Source: Polyangiales bacterium (GTDB lineage Bacteria > Myxococcota_A > Polyangia > Polyangiales > Ga0077539). From it: a stretch of 64,000 bases of DNA. The notes beneath the pieces were generated by a model, which did not search any database, was not told where the DNA came from, and saw only the letters and a program-made list of their open reading frames with translations. Each line of letters begins with the position of its first letter. The first letter of the stretch is position 1. Location of the stretch: the NCBI GenBank assembly GCA_044229975.1, contig JBGARZ010000005.1, forward strand, positions 256,001-320,000, given 5' to 3'. The translations under genes and the position numbers were made by a program. Positions 10,641-21,775 of the stretch are shown in pieces.

Positions 10641-11693
10641 ATGAGCACTGACATCAGCCAGCGGAAGCGTGACCACATCGACCTCTGCGCCACCGGAGAC
10701 GTGGGCTTTCGGGAGGCCACGACGCTCCTCTCGGGCGTCCGGCTCGTCCACGACGCGCTGCCCGACCTCGACGCCGACGCGCTCGACACGCGGGTGACGG
10801 TGCTCGGCAAGACGCTGCGCTTTCCGCTGGTCATCGCGGCCATGACGGGTGGCACCGCGGAGGCAGCGGCGATCAACCGCGACCTCGCGTCCATCGCCGA
10901 GGCGCGCGGCTACGGCTTCGGGCTCGGCAGCCAGCGCGCGATGCAGAAGAAGGGCGACGTCGCGTGGACCTACGCCGTGCGCGAGGTCGCACCGACCACC
11001 CTGGTGCTGGGCAACGTGGGCATGGTGCAGGGTCGGCAGATGACCCGCGAGGTGCTGCGCGGGCTCGTGCGCGACGTGGGCGCCGACGCGCTGTGCGTGC
11101 ACCTCAACCCGGCGATGGAGCTCGTGCAGCCGGGCGGCGACCGCGACTTCCGCGGCGGCGCAGACTTCTTCCGCGAGATGGCGGCGGACTTCGACGTGCC
11201 GGTGGTGGCCAAGGAGACGGGCAACGGCATCGGCGCGGCGGCGGCGAAGAAGCTGCGGGCCGCTGGGGTGAAGCACGTCGACGTGAGCGGCGCGGGCGGC
11301 ACGTCGTGGGTGGGCGTCGAGACGCTGCGCGCGACGGGCGGGGCGCGGGCGCTGGGCGAGGCGCTGTGGGACTGGGGGGTTCCGACGGCGGCGAGCGTGG
11401 CGTTCACGGTGGCGGCGGGCTTCGAGACGGTGATCGCGACGGGGGGAGTGTTCAGCGGATCGGACGTGGCGCGCGCGCTGGCGCTGGGCGCGACGGCGGC
11501 GGGCATCGCGCGGCCGGTGCTGAAGGCTCACCGGGAGGGCGGGCGCGAGGGGGCGGAGGCGTTCCTCGATGGGGTGGAGCGCGAGGTGCGAGCGATCATG
11601 CTGCTCACCGGGTCGGCGGACGTAGCGGCGCTGCGGCGGGCGCCGCGGGTGATCGTGGGCGAGCTCGCGCAGTGGATCGCGCAGGCGGGCTGA
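10641..11693 (+). CDS. fni: type 2 isopentenyl-diphosphate delta-isomerase
   Basis: RKRDHI, AMTGG, GSQR, HLNPAME, KETGNG, GAGGTSW, WGVPTA. Confidence 0.95.
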   Translation: MSTDISQRKRDHIDLCATGDVGFREATTLLSGVRLVHDALPDLDADALDTRVTVLGKTLRFPLVIAAMTGGTAEAAAINRDLASIAEARGYGFGLGSQRAMQKKGDVAWTYAVREVAPTTLVLGNVGMVQGRQMTREVLRGLVRDVGADALCVHLNPAMELVQPGGDRDFRGGADFFREMAADFDVPVVAKETGNGIGAAAAKKLRAAGVKHVDVSGAGGTSWVGVETLRATGGARALGEALWDWGVPTAASVAFTVAAGFETVIATGGVFSGSDVARALALGATAAGIARPVLKAHREGGREGAEAFLDGVEREVRAIMLLTGSADVAALRRAPRVIVGELAQWIAQAG

Positions 11694-11697
11694 GCGG

Positions 11698-12912
11698 TCA
11701 GCGGCAGTAGCGGGCGCCCGCGGAGAGCGGGGCGACGAGCGCGCGGTAGTCGTTGTTGAGCTGACCGCCGCGGCGATCGCCCGTGAAGCGATAGTAGTAG
11801 GCGTTGGCGGGCGCGATGCCGGCGGCGTCGTAGGCCTGGGCGTCGGTGTCGGTGTTGCCGAAGGCGTAGTCCACGGGGTGCCCCAGGCGCGAGCGTAGGA
11901 TGAGCAGCTCGTCGCGCTTGAAGGTGAACGCGGGCGCGCCAGTGCCTCCGGTGAGGTTGAGCATGGTGTGGACGAGCCCCGGCGGGAGCCCTCGCTCGCG
12001 CACCCACTGGTGCGTCCGCGCGACGAGCCACTCGGGTCGCGCCGTGAGGTAGAAGACGATGTACCCGCGGCGCGCGAGGGCCCAGAGCGCCTCGGGGGCG
12101 CCCACGTTGACGGCAGGCGAGGCGCCGCCGAAGACGGCGAGCCACTCGGCGGTCTCGTTCTCGGTGAGGGTTCCGTCGACGTCGGACACGACGACGTGGG
12201 CGCCGGTGGGCAGCACCTCGATGTACTGATCGGCGAAGGTGTGGTCGCCCCGAACGACGAAGCGCAGGCGATGACGGCCAACACCGAGGCGCGCCGACGC
12301 GGGGATGGGGAAGTACACGTAGCCGCCGTTGTCGACGACGCCCTCGATGGTCGGGTGGGCGTTGTCCATGGTGGTGCGAGCCTCGCCGAGCCGCTCCCAG
12401 GTGCGGCAGTCTCGGAGGAGAAACACCTCGACGTCCTCGTCCGTGAGGTCGTCGTCGGCGGGCCCGTAGGCGAAGCGCGCGATGCCCCACTGCGCGTCGC
12501 CCTCACGCAGGAAGAGGTCACGGCCGCGGTGCCGCTGCGGGGTGAGGACCGTGAGCCGGGTGGTGAGGTGACGCCACGGCGCGATGGCGGAGGGCGTGGG
12601 CGCCGCGACGTCGCACCGCGGAGGCTCATCGCAGGAGGCGCTCACATCCTCGGCGACCGACGCGACGTCCACCGCAGGAGCAACATCCTCGGCGGCAGGG
12701 ACATCCTCGGAGGCAGGGACGTCCTCGGCAGCGGGCGCATCGACCACCGCCACAGGAACATCGATCGCTCCCGTGTCGAGGTCAGGCAGCTCCGGGAGGA
12801 GGAAGGCGTCGGAGCCGCTGTCGCGGGTGGTGGCGGGCGAGGCCTGATCGGCGCCGCCGCTGCACGCCGTCAGGGTGATGAGGAGGGTGAGACAGGCGGT
12901 AGGTAGGCGCAT
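11698..12912 (-). CDS. LNS2/lipin-like HAD-family phosphatase lipoprotein
   Basis: Lipobox LTAC; HAD motifs SDVDGTLT, YLTARP, K, AFGNTDTD. Confidence 0.8.
   Translation of the reverse strand: MRLPTACLTLLITLTACSGGADQASPATTRDSGSDAFLLPELPDLDTGAIDVPVAVVDAPAAEDVPASEDVPAAEDVAPAVDVASVAEDVSASCDEPPRCDVAAPTPSAIAPWRHLTTRLTVLTPQRHRGRDLFLREGDAQWGIARFAYGPADDDLTDEDVEVFLLRDCRTWERLGEARTTMDNAHPTIEGVVDNGGYVYFPIPASARLGVGRHRLRFVVRGDHTFADQYIEVLPTGAHVVVSDVDGTLTENETAEWLAVFGGASPAVNVGAPEALWALARRGYIVFYLTARPEWLVARTHQWVRERGLPPGLVHTMLNLTGGTGAPAFTFKRDELLILRSRLGHPVDYAFGNTDTDAQAYDAAGIAPANAYYYRFTGDRRGGQLNNDYRALVAPLSAGARYCR
12683..12736. repeat. 18-bp coding tandem repeat, 3 copies (EDVPAA-like linker)
   Basis: acatcctcggcggcaggg / acatcctcggaggcaggg / acgtcctcggcagcgggc. 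Confidence 0.8.
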
Positions 12913-12960
12913 CGCGTCGGCGAATCTCGCACGGGCGATCGCGTGACGGAATGGTGCCGG

Positions 12961-13665
12961 TCAGGTGTAGGCGAGGTCGGCGACGGTCTGGAGCCCGTTG
13001 GTGGTGCTCTCGATGTTGGAGACGAACGCCTTGGGCACGATGAGGTCGATGCCCCCGACGAGGTTGGCCGCGTTGGGCGTCACCGACCCCTTGAGGAGGA
13101 GGTAGAGCACGATGAAGTGCTGCGTCTCGTCGCCCTCGATGGTCGTCGCCAGGAAGCGCCGAGCGGTGGTGCTGAGCGCGCGCACCGCGCCGTTGTAGGC
13201 GACGGCCGCGCCCTTCTCGGCATTGCACGCGAGCTTGAGCACGTTGAGGATCGTGGCGGTGAAGCCCGCGGGGGCCGTGAAGGTCACCGACGCTTCGGTC
13301 ACCGGCGTGGCGCCAGCGGCGCGAACGGCCGTGACGATCTGCGCGGCGTGGTCGCGGTGCTGCTGCTGGAAGCGCGCGGCGACGGCGAGGAGCACCGGCG
13401 CGCTGGCGGCCTGCGGGTCGCCCACCGGGGGCGCCATGAGGATGGCCGCGCCGGCGTCGTAGGCCTTGATGGCCTGGTACTCGGCGGTGAGCAGCGCGTT
13501 GAGGACGACGCCGTCCTCGGCGGTGGTGCCCGCGTCGGCGCCGCCATCGGTGCCCGGGGTCTGGGTGGTGGCATCGTCGGAGCAGGCTTCGACGGCTGCT
13601 GCGACGCCCACGATGGCGGCGCCGCGGAGCATGTTGCGACGGGAGACGTTCTCTTCGATGGACAT
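12961..13665 (-). CDS. Tat-exported ferritin-like domain protein
   Basis: SRRNML twin-Arg, possible lipobox VEAC; EYQAIKAY, HRDHA, EKGAAVAY, ETQH di-metal ligand pattern. Confidence 0.82.
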   Translation of the reverse strand: MSIEENVSRRNMLRGAAIVGVAAAVEACSDDATTQTPGTDGGADAGTTAEDGVVLNALLTAEYQAIKAYDAGAAILMAPPVGDPQAASAPVLLAVAARFQQQHRDHAAQIVTAVRAAGATPVTEASVTFTAPAGFTATILNVLKLACNAEKGAAVAYNGAVRALSTTARRFLATTIEGDETQHFIVLYLLLKGSVTPNAANLVGGIDLIVPKAFVSNIESTTNGLQTVADLAYT

Positions 13666-13687
13666 GACTGATTGCCTCCGCGCTGGG

Positions 13688-14344
13688 TCAGTAGGTGAAG
13701 TCGGGGACGTCCTGGAGCCCGGTGGTGCCCGACCCGAGTCGGGACACGAAGGCCTGCGGGACGACGTCGGCGGGCACCACCGTCGACGACGGCGCGACGA
13801 TGCCGTTGGCGAGCAGAAACAGCACGATGAAGTGCTGCGTCTCGACCCCACCGATGGCGGCGACGACCTCCGCGGAGGTCTGCACGCTCAGGGTCTTGAG
13901 CGTGTCGGCGTAGGCGATGGCCGCGGCCTTCTCGGCGTTGCAGGCGAGGCGGATGACGTTGAGCACGCCCGCGCGAAAGCTCGGCGGCGCGGTGAACATC
14001 ACGCTGCTCTCGGCGACGGGCGTCCCGCCGCTGGCGGTGATGATGCTCGCGAGCTTGGCGGCGTGCTCGCGGTGCTGCGACTGGAAGTGCACCGCGACGG
14101 CGAGCGCCGCGGGGGCGACCGCCGCCTGCGGATCACCCGCCGGCGGACTCATCAAGATGCCCGCGCCCGCGGTGTACGCCGCGATGGCCCCGTACTCGGC
14201 GGCGAGCAGCGCGTTGAGGAGCGGCAGGTCTTGCATCGGCTGCGCTTCGGCCGCCTGAGGCTTGAGCACCGTCGAGACAGCGACCGCCGCGGAGAGAGCG
14301 CCCGCGCCCTTGAGCACGGACCGACGTGACACGTCTTCCAACAT
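13688..14344 (-). CDS. Tat-exported ferritin-like domain protein (tandem paralog)
   Basis: SRRSVLK twin-Arg, AEA cleavage site; EYGAIAAY, HREHA, EKAAAIAY, ETQH. Confidence 0.85.
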   Translation of the reverse strand: MLEDVSRRSVLKGAGALSAAVAVSTVLKPQAAEAQPMQDLPLLNALLAAEYGAIAAYTAGAGILMSPPAGDPQAAVAPAALAVAVHFQSQHREHAAKLASIITASGGTPVAESSVMFTAPPSFRAGVLNVIRLACNAEKAAAIAYADTLKTLSVQTSAEVVAAIGGVETQHFIVLFLLANGIVAPSSTVVPADVVPQAFVSRLGSGTTGLQDVPDFTY

Positions 14345-14547
14345 GGTTTCCCTGTTCCTTCCATCCCACCCACGGAATGTGGCTTTGGCACATCGTCAGA
14401 TGCGCGTTGGGGAAACGCCGTCGCATGTCGCGATGGATTTCCCAGAATCACCGGTGAGCGCGCGATGATGACATCGGCACTACCGACAACTCGTCCGTAG
14501 CGTTTAGGGGATTGACGTGGAGGCGGAAGGGAGAAGGGGCCGAGGCG

Positions 14548-15831
<1,284 letters not shown>

Positions 15832-16021
15832 CAGACCAGTGTCCTCTCAGAGCGATGCGTTTGCCGTTCGGGTGCGGAGAATACGCAAAGCGCCGCGGAG
15901 GTCCATGGGGTTCGGCGATTGCGTCTTCAAGCGCCTGCGCGCGTCGGCGGGGACCGACGAAACAGGGCTGAAGTGAGGCGTGGCGCCGCCCAGCGGACAG
16001 CGCACCGCGCGGGGGTTGAGC

Positions 16022-17824
16022 TCAGCCGGGGATGGAGTTGGCGTCGGTCGGGACGATGATGAAGACCTGGATGGTGTCGAGCACCGACGAGGCGCGGCCG
16101 AGCACCTCGATGGTCGCGCGGAAGAGCTGCGCCGACCCCGACGTGTTGCGGTGGAAGTCGTTGAAGAAGGTCACCTCGAAGGTGACCACCGTCGACGGCG
16201 ACACGTTGTAGAAGGTCGTGTCGTCCATGCGGTCGAAGCCCGTGGGCGCCGCGGGAGCGCCGCGCAACGGGACGATGCGCTGCATGAAGTCGGAGGTCTG
16301 GCGCCCGGCCATGAGGCGGGTCTCCATGGCGTCGGCGACCCCGCGGCGCGTGACGTCCTGGCGGGTGCCTTGCGCGAGCGTGGTGATGGCGGTGATGACG
16401 TTGGCGCTCACCGTCGACGGAGCGCCGCGGAACGCGATGGGCATCCCCGCCGCGTCGAAGGTGCGCGAGTCGCGCGCGAGGGAGATGGAGTTGGCGTACG
16501 TCGACCCGACGCCGACATCGATGCCGATGAAGTACGCCTCGCGCCGACGAAACTCCGCGACGAGCTGCGTGTAGACCGCCGCGGTGGGGACGCTGCCGTA
16601 GAAGTTGCCCGTCGGCATGGATGGGCCGTTGTGCCAGTCGGCGTCGGAGAAGAGCACGATGATGGGCACGCGGCCCGGGCTGAAGCAGCCCCAGCCGTAG
16701 GCGCCCGCCACGCCGCCGCAGTCGGAGGGGGTCGCTTCGCGCGTGGCGGTGCCGCGGTACGCCGGGAGCCCGAAGCCAGAGAGGAGCGAATGCATCGCCG
16801 CGACGGGCGCCTCGGGCCCATCGCCGCCGCCCGAAGCCGCCATGCGGGTCGTGGCGTTTTGCGAGAGCATCGCGTTGGCGTTGAGGGGCTGGAGCACCTG
16901 CAGCGCGTAGTCGCCGGCGCCGCCCTCGGCGAAGTCGCGGTGATCGGCCATGCCGTAGCGGACGTCGGAGCCGGGCCCGATGGCGCGCACGATGCCGGGC
17001 ACGATCACCGTGCTCAGCTCGCTGCGCACGGCGTTGATGGTGCCGGTCATCGACCCGGTGGTGTCGACCAGGAACATGATGTCCGCGCTGCGGATGCGCG
17101 TGGAGAAGTCGAACGACCGCGTCTGCGGGCCCGTCGGATCCATGTACGGGAGCGTCACGTAGAGCGAGCCCTCGGGCGGGCGGCTCGTCATGTCGAGGGG
17201 GTTGCTCCCCGCGGCGCTCTCCACGAGGTCGCCCACGCCGTCGCCGTCGGTGTCGGCAGCGCACGGGTCGGTGTGCGTGCGCATCGCCTCCTCGCGATCG
17301 ACGAGGCCGTCGTTGTCCGAGTCGCGGTCGCGGTGGTTGGCGAGCCCGTCCATGTCGCAGTCGTTGGGGAGCTCGCCGCAGGTGAGCTCGGGCCGGGCCG
17401 ACGAGGCGAAGCCCGCGTAGTTGCGCCGCCCCTCGTCGAGGTCGGTGATGCCGTCGTCGTCGCTGTCGGTGTTCTGGTAGTCGGGCGGCGCGCCGGCCGT
17501 CATCGCCGTGCGCAGGAAGGGCGACCCTTCGAGGTCGTCGGAGATGCCGTCGCCGTCCTCGTCGCGGCAGGGCGGCGGACCCGTGTCGACCCCGATGTCA
17601 CGTGGCACCACCGCCCCGTCGCTCCTCACGCCCGAGTCGGGCGTGACCCCGCCGTCGCGACCGTTGGGAACATCGGCCCCCCGTGGCACATCGACGCGCC
17701 CCGCATCGCGGCGCACCCCGCCGTCAGCGACCGAGCCGTCGGCGTTGATGATGAGCTGGTAGTTGTCTCGGGGAGCACAGGCGCTCGCGACGATCGCGGC
17801 GGCCAGGAGGGCGCGGACCTTCAT
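16022..17824 (-). CDS. vWA-domain lipoprotein with Ca-binding DxDxDG repeats (adhesin-like)
   Basis: Lipobox ASAC; repeated DxDxDG (DEDGDG, DSDDDG, DSDNDG, DTDGDG); MIDAS-like DTTGSM; GGGDGPE. Confidence 0.8.
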   Translation of the reverse strand: MKVRALLAAAIVASACAPRDNYQLIINADGSVADGGVRRDAGRVDVPRGADVPNGRDGGVTPDSGVRSDGAVVPRDIGVDTGPPPCRDEDGDGISDDLEGSPFLRTAMTAGAPPDYQNTDSDDDGITDLDEGRRNYAGFASSARPELTCGELPNDCDMDGLANHRDRDSDNDGLVDREEAMRTHTDPCAADTDGDGVGDLVESAAGSNPLDMTSRPPEGSLYVTLPYMDPTGPQTRSFDFSTRIRSADIMFLVDTTGSMTGTINAVRSELSTVIVPGIVRAIGPGSDVRYGMADHRDFAEGGAGDYALQVLQPLNANAMLSQNATTRMAASGGGDGPEAPVAAMHSLLSGFGLPAYRGTATREATPSDCGGVAGAYGWGCFSPGRVPIIVLFSDADWHNGPSMPTGNFYGSVPTAAVYTQLVAEFRRREAYFIGIDVGVGSTYANSISLARDSRTFDAAGMPIAFRGAPSTVSANVITAITTLAQGTRQDVTRRGVADAMETRLMAGRQTSDFMQRIVPLRGAPAAPTGFDRMDDTTFYNVSPSTVVTFEVTFFNDFHRNTSGSAQLFRATIEVLGRASSVLDTIQVFIIVPTDANSIPG

Positions 17825-17913
17825 CGGATACTCCAGCGTCGCAGGGGGCGGGCGACGCGGGGAGGGACTCTATCGTCGATCGCCGCGGCGCGACAATCGC
17901 CGATGGTCGCCGA

Positions 17914-18618
17914 TCAGGCGCGGCCCGCGTGCTGCGCGGCGGTGCGGCGCGCGAGACCCACCGCGTCGTGCACGGTGAGCCCGCAATCACCGGTCGAGAC
18001 CAGGCCCTCACGGCTCCAGCGCGACAGGGTGCGGATGGTTGTCTCCACCGTGGTGCCGACCAGCGCGGCGAGCTCGGCGCGCGTGAGCCGCAGCGGAATG
18101 AGCGTCGAGCCGTCTTCCATCTCGTCGCCGAAGCGCTCTCCGAGCTCCATCAGCGTCGTGGCGAGGCGCTCTTCGGCCGACGCCGTGAACAGCGCGAGCC
18201 GACGATTGGCCACCGCGCCCTGCCGGCCGAGCCCCGTCGCCATGGCCACGGCCGCCGAGCCCGAGCGCTCGAGCGCCGCGAGCATCACCTCGCGCGGGAC
18301 CCTCACCACCACGGCCGTCTCGGTCAGCGCGAAGGCGTCGGCGTCGTAACACCCGCCCTCCAGCGACTCGGCGTCACCGACGCTCTCCCCCGGGCCCGCG
18401 AGGCCCAGCACCAGATCGCGCGAGGGCCCACCCGGCATCAGGACCTTCACCAGACCGTGCCCCACCAGCACGAAGTGGCTCGCCGTCTCCCCCGATCTCC
18501 AGACCGCCTCGCCTCGCCGCAGGCGCTGCTGCGTCGCCGTCTTCGCGACCTCCTCGCTCGCATCTGCCGTCAACCGAGAGAGCGCTGCGTGTCGCCGAAT
18601 GACCGATCGAACGTCCAT
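17914..18618 (-). CDS. Crp/Fnr family transcriptional regulator
   Basis: cNMP-binding fold (GLVKV, GPGESVG) plus C-terminal HTH LTRAELAALVGTTVETTIRTLSRW. Confidence 0.93.
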   Translation of the reverse strand: MDVRSVIRRHAALSRLTADASEEVAKTATQQRLRRGEAVWRSGETASHFVLVGHGLVKVLMPGGPSRDLVLGLAGPGESVGDAESLEGGCYDADAFALTETAVVVRVPREVMLAALERSGSAAVAMATGLGRQGAVANRRLALFTASAEERLATTLMELGERFGDEMEDGSTLIPLRLTRAELAALVGTTVETTIRTLSRWSREGLVSTGDCGLTVHDAVGLARRTAAQHAGRA

Positions 18619-18904
18619 AGAGTTCCTCCAAAGTTCGGGAATGCTCCGATACGTGTGCAACGCACGGACCAGCGCCCCCGTACCCCATGATGTATTCCCG
18701 ACCCACCACGCTTTTTCATGGCGTTTTGGTGTTGAACCTGGGCGGCCGGGCGAGGCCCGCCACCAGGGGCGACGTGTGACAGCTCAAGCGTGGGGGTGCG
18801 CAGGAAGTATCGTCCCCGGACCGCAGCGCCCTGTCCGCGTGGCTCACCGTCGATCTTGTTGAAGGTCTTGCGCCTCTCGCGCATCTGTTGCTACCGAACT
18901 CCCC

Positions 18905-19972
18905 GTGAACTCTCGACGCGCTGGGTGGTCGTCCGCTTCCGTGGTGGCCTTGCTCCTCGCGGGCTGCGGCGACGACAACAACCGCCTGCTCGACGCGGGC
19001 CCCGAAGACCTTGGCGTCGTCGAGATGGACATCCCCTCCACCGACCTCGGCACACCCGACACAGGCTCCACGGACGTCGGCACCGACCGCGGAACCGTGG
19101 TCGACGCGGGCTCCATTGACGTGGGCTCCACCGACATCGGGTTGATGGACGTGAGCGATGTCGCGTCGGCCGATCGTCCCGACGTGGTGATCGTCGACGC
19201 AGGCCACCCCGACACGGGCACCGTCGATGCGACCTCCACGCTCGACGCGGGCAACCCGGATGCCGGTGTCTCCGACGTGGGCACCGCCGACGCGAGCTCG
19301 CCGCGCGGAACGCCCACGCTCGACGGCATCATCGGCAGCGACTGGCCCGCCGGCGCGCTGGTCTCGACCAACACCATCGCGTCGGCGTGGGATGGCAACT
19401 CGCTGCGCTCCATTCGCGTCGCGTGGGACAGCACGCGGCTCTACCTCGGCATCGACGGGACGGTGCAGACCAACAACGCGATGCTGGTGTTTATCGACCG
19501 CGACTACGTGGCGGGCATGACCCCGACGGGCGCGCCCATCGTCTCGGCGCTCTCCGACGGCATGGGGTCGCTCGACAACTCCATCTCCTGCAACGTCACC
19601 GAGGCCCCGTCGGGCTTCGGCGTCGACATGGTGTGGGGCACGCGCGGCATGCTCTCCAAGACCGCCGACCAGGTGCTCGACAACGTCGGCCTGCGCGAGG
19701 TCGGCTGCACCGCCTGCCGCAGCGACTTCCGCTGGACCATGGGCGACGCCGTCGTCTGCGTGGGCGGCGCGTCCCCGTCGTGCGAGGTCGCCATCGAGTG
19801 GACCGCCCTCTACGGCGGCGCCCCTCCCCCGGTGCCTTCGCTCGGGCTCTTCGTCCGCATCACCAACGCCGAGGGCAACGACCTCAGCAACAACCAGAGC
19901 CTCCCGGAGCAGGCCGCGGGCGTCGCACCCACCGTCGCGCGGCGGGTGCTCTCGTTCACACCCAACCTGTGA
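18905..19972 (+). CDS. lipoprotein with long DxG linker and beta-rich C-terminal domain (possibly carbohydrate-binding)
   Basis: Lipobox LAGC; about 20 DxG/DV units; PTLDG..DW, AWDSTRLYLGI, EVAIEW resemble CBM9/DOMON-like modules. Confidence 0.7.
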   Translation: MNSRRAGWSSASVVALLLAGCGDDNNRLLDAGPEDLGVVEMDIPSTDLGTPDTGSTDVGTDRGTVVDAGSIDVGSTDIGLMDVSDVASADRPDVVIVDAGHPDTGTVDATSTLDAGNPDAGVSDVGTADASSPRGTPTLDGIIGSDWPAGALVSTNTIASAWDGNSLRSIRVAWDSTRLYLGIDGTVQTNNAMLVFIDRDYVAGMTPTGAPIVSALSDGMGSLDNSISCNVTEAPSGFGVDMVWGTRGMLSKTADQVLDNVGLREVGCTACRSDFRWTMGDAVVCVGGASPSCEVAIEWTALYGGAPPPVPSLGLFVRITNAEGNDLSNNQSLPEQAAGVAPTVARRVLSFTPNL

Positions 19973-21775
19973 TTACCGGGCCTCCGCGGCGCTCGCGGGG
20001 ATGAGCAGCAGGTACTCGCCGCGCTCGTCGGTCGTCGCCCGCGCCACGCGCAACACGACGCCCCGAGCGTCGCCCTCGCGCAGCCGCACCAGCGCCTCGA
20101 CGGTCGCGCCGGGCGCGCGAGCACCGTTGGCGTCGAGCACCGTCCCGCGCACCTGCACCGGGGCTTCGAGCGTCGCGTCGAAGTCCATCACCCGGCGGGC
20201 GACGCACACCGGCGCGCCGAGCGTCACCGGGAAGCCAGAGCTCTCGGCCGGCTCGATGAGGAGACGATACAGACCCGGGTTGAGGTCGAGCTGATAGCCG
20301 CCATCGGCGCCCGTCACCGCGTAGCCCGGCGTGGCGCGGCTCGACAGCGCGCGCAGGTCGGGCTCATCGAGGCAGGGGTTGGTCGGCGCGGCGTCGTGGT
20401 AGGGCACCGCGGTCACGCGGGCGTTGCGAACCGCCAGCCCGTCGCGACCGAGCACCCGGCCCGCGAGCGAAGGCCGCGGCGCCAGCGCAAACACCTGCCC
20501 CGCCTGCTGCGTCGCGTCGGCCCGCACCCGGAAGCCGTGCTGCACCGAGCTGCGCAGCGTGTCGCCCGGCGGCGTGATGGTGACGTCGTAGTCGCCAGGG
20601 ACGAGCCACGCGCGAAACGTTCCGTCGGCCTCGGTCTGCACCCGCGACTCGTACCAGGCCGTGGCGCCCGCGATGCCCGTCGGGGGCGTGAGCGCGGTAC
20701 GCAACGTCACCGTCGCGCCCCGCACCGGACGACCCGCGCCCTCCACCACGGCGGCCTCGACCGAGGCGCGCACGTCGACGCAGCCCACGCACGGACCGTT
20801 GGGCATGGGGGCGCCCGGCACCACGGTGTGGGCCGCGGAGGCGTGGGTGAGACCCGTGACGTCGGAGAGCAGCACGCGCAGGTCGCGGCCGCTCGGGGCA
20901 GCGGCGGCGAGCGACGCGCGCGGGATGTCGATGACCACCCCGGCGCCCATGCCGTCGTCGGACGAGAGGCGCAGCGTCCACGCGTCGGGGCCGCCCGGCG
21001 CCATGTCGCAGGCGAAGCGCCCGGCGCTGCCTTCGGTTCCGTCGCCCGCGGTGGAGCTCACCGTCGAGAGCACGCGGTTGTTGGCGGAGGGGTCGACCGC
21101 GCGCACGGAGAAGCCCGGGATGCGCTGCCCGAGGTCGCCCTCGATGACGCCCTCCCAACGCGCGTAGCTGGTCGGGTAGGCGATGTCGAAGCGCTGCGTG
21201 AGCGACCCGGCGCGCACCTCGAACCCGCGCTCGAAGCGCGGCGGAACCGTCGCCGCCAGCGTCGAAGCGGGGCGCACCACCACGTCGAAGAGCCCTTCGG
21301 TGAGCGTGGCCGACCACGTCGCGAGGTCGCGGTTGGTAGCGAGGCCGTACTCGGGGACCGTTCCGGCGACGGCCTGCACGGGCGTGCTGACTCCGCCAAG
21401 GTCGGACGGGGTGAACTCCAGCGTGGCCGGGACGTAGCGGCCCATCGGGGTCGCATCGGGCACCGTCACCACGCCGTAGACCGTGCGCGGCGCGCGGAGG
21501 GTGAGGTTGACGCGCTCGTCGACGTTGATGCTCCGCGGGCGGGTGAGCGTGGGGTAGGCGTTGGCGCTCGCGGCCGACGGCGCCACCGTGAAGAACACCT
21601 CCGTGCGAGCGCGCGAGACGCACCGCCGGGTCGTGCGATCGCAGGTGGCGCCTGCCATGCAGTCGGTGTCGGCGTTGCACACCTCGACGCGGCCCCCGAC
21701 GACCGGGCTGCCGTCGTCGAGGCAGGCCGGACCGAAGGCCGCGAGGCACAGGAGGGCGATGAAGCGCGCCCTCAC
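19973..21775 (-). CDS. lipoprotein with carboxypeptidase-regulatory-like (beta-sandwich) repeats
   Basis: Signal with Cys (GPAC), CxxxxxC...C module, repeated G.V...GA.V / T..DG.F...L.PG.Y units; GTGA overlap with upstream gene. Confidence 0.72.
   Translation of the reverse strand: MRARFIALLCLAAFGPACLDDGSPVVGGRVEVCNADTDCMAGATCDRTTRRCVSRARTEVFFTVAPSAASANAYPTLTRPRSINVDERVNLTLRAPRTVYGVVTVPDATPMGRYVPATLEFTPSDLGGVSTPVQAVAGTVPEYGLATNRDLATWSATLTEGLFDVVVRPASTLAATVPPRFERGFEVRAGSLTQRFDIAYPTSYARWEGVIEGDLGQRIPGFSVRAVDPSANNRVLSTVSSTAGDGTEGSAGRFACDMAPGGPDAWTLRLSSDDGMGAGVVIDIPRASLAAAAPSGRDLRVLLSDVTGLTHASAAHTVVPGAPMPNGPCVGCVDVRASVEAAVVEGAGRPVRGATVTLRTALTPPTGIAGATAWYESRVQTEADGTFRAWLVPGDYDVTITPPGDTLRSSVQHGFRVRADATQQAGQVFALAPRPSLAGRVLGRDGLAVRNARVTAVPYHDAAPTNPCLDEPDLRALSSRATPGYAVTGADGGYQLDLNPGLYRLLIEPAESSGFPVTLGAPVCVARRVMDFDATLEAPVQVRGTVLDANGARAPGATVEALVRLREGDARGVVLRVARATTDERGEYLLLIPASAAEAR

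Noticed and set aside
9471..12629. 1052-aa ORF and other long overlapping or antisense ORFs (e.g. 15980-18349, and the upstream extensions of 4394-6778, 41791-44424, 46360-49062, 50924-53266)
   Set aside because: Shadow frames caused by stop-codon scarcity at high GC; only the portions with recognisable domains and sensible starts were annotated.
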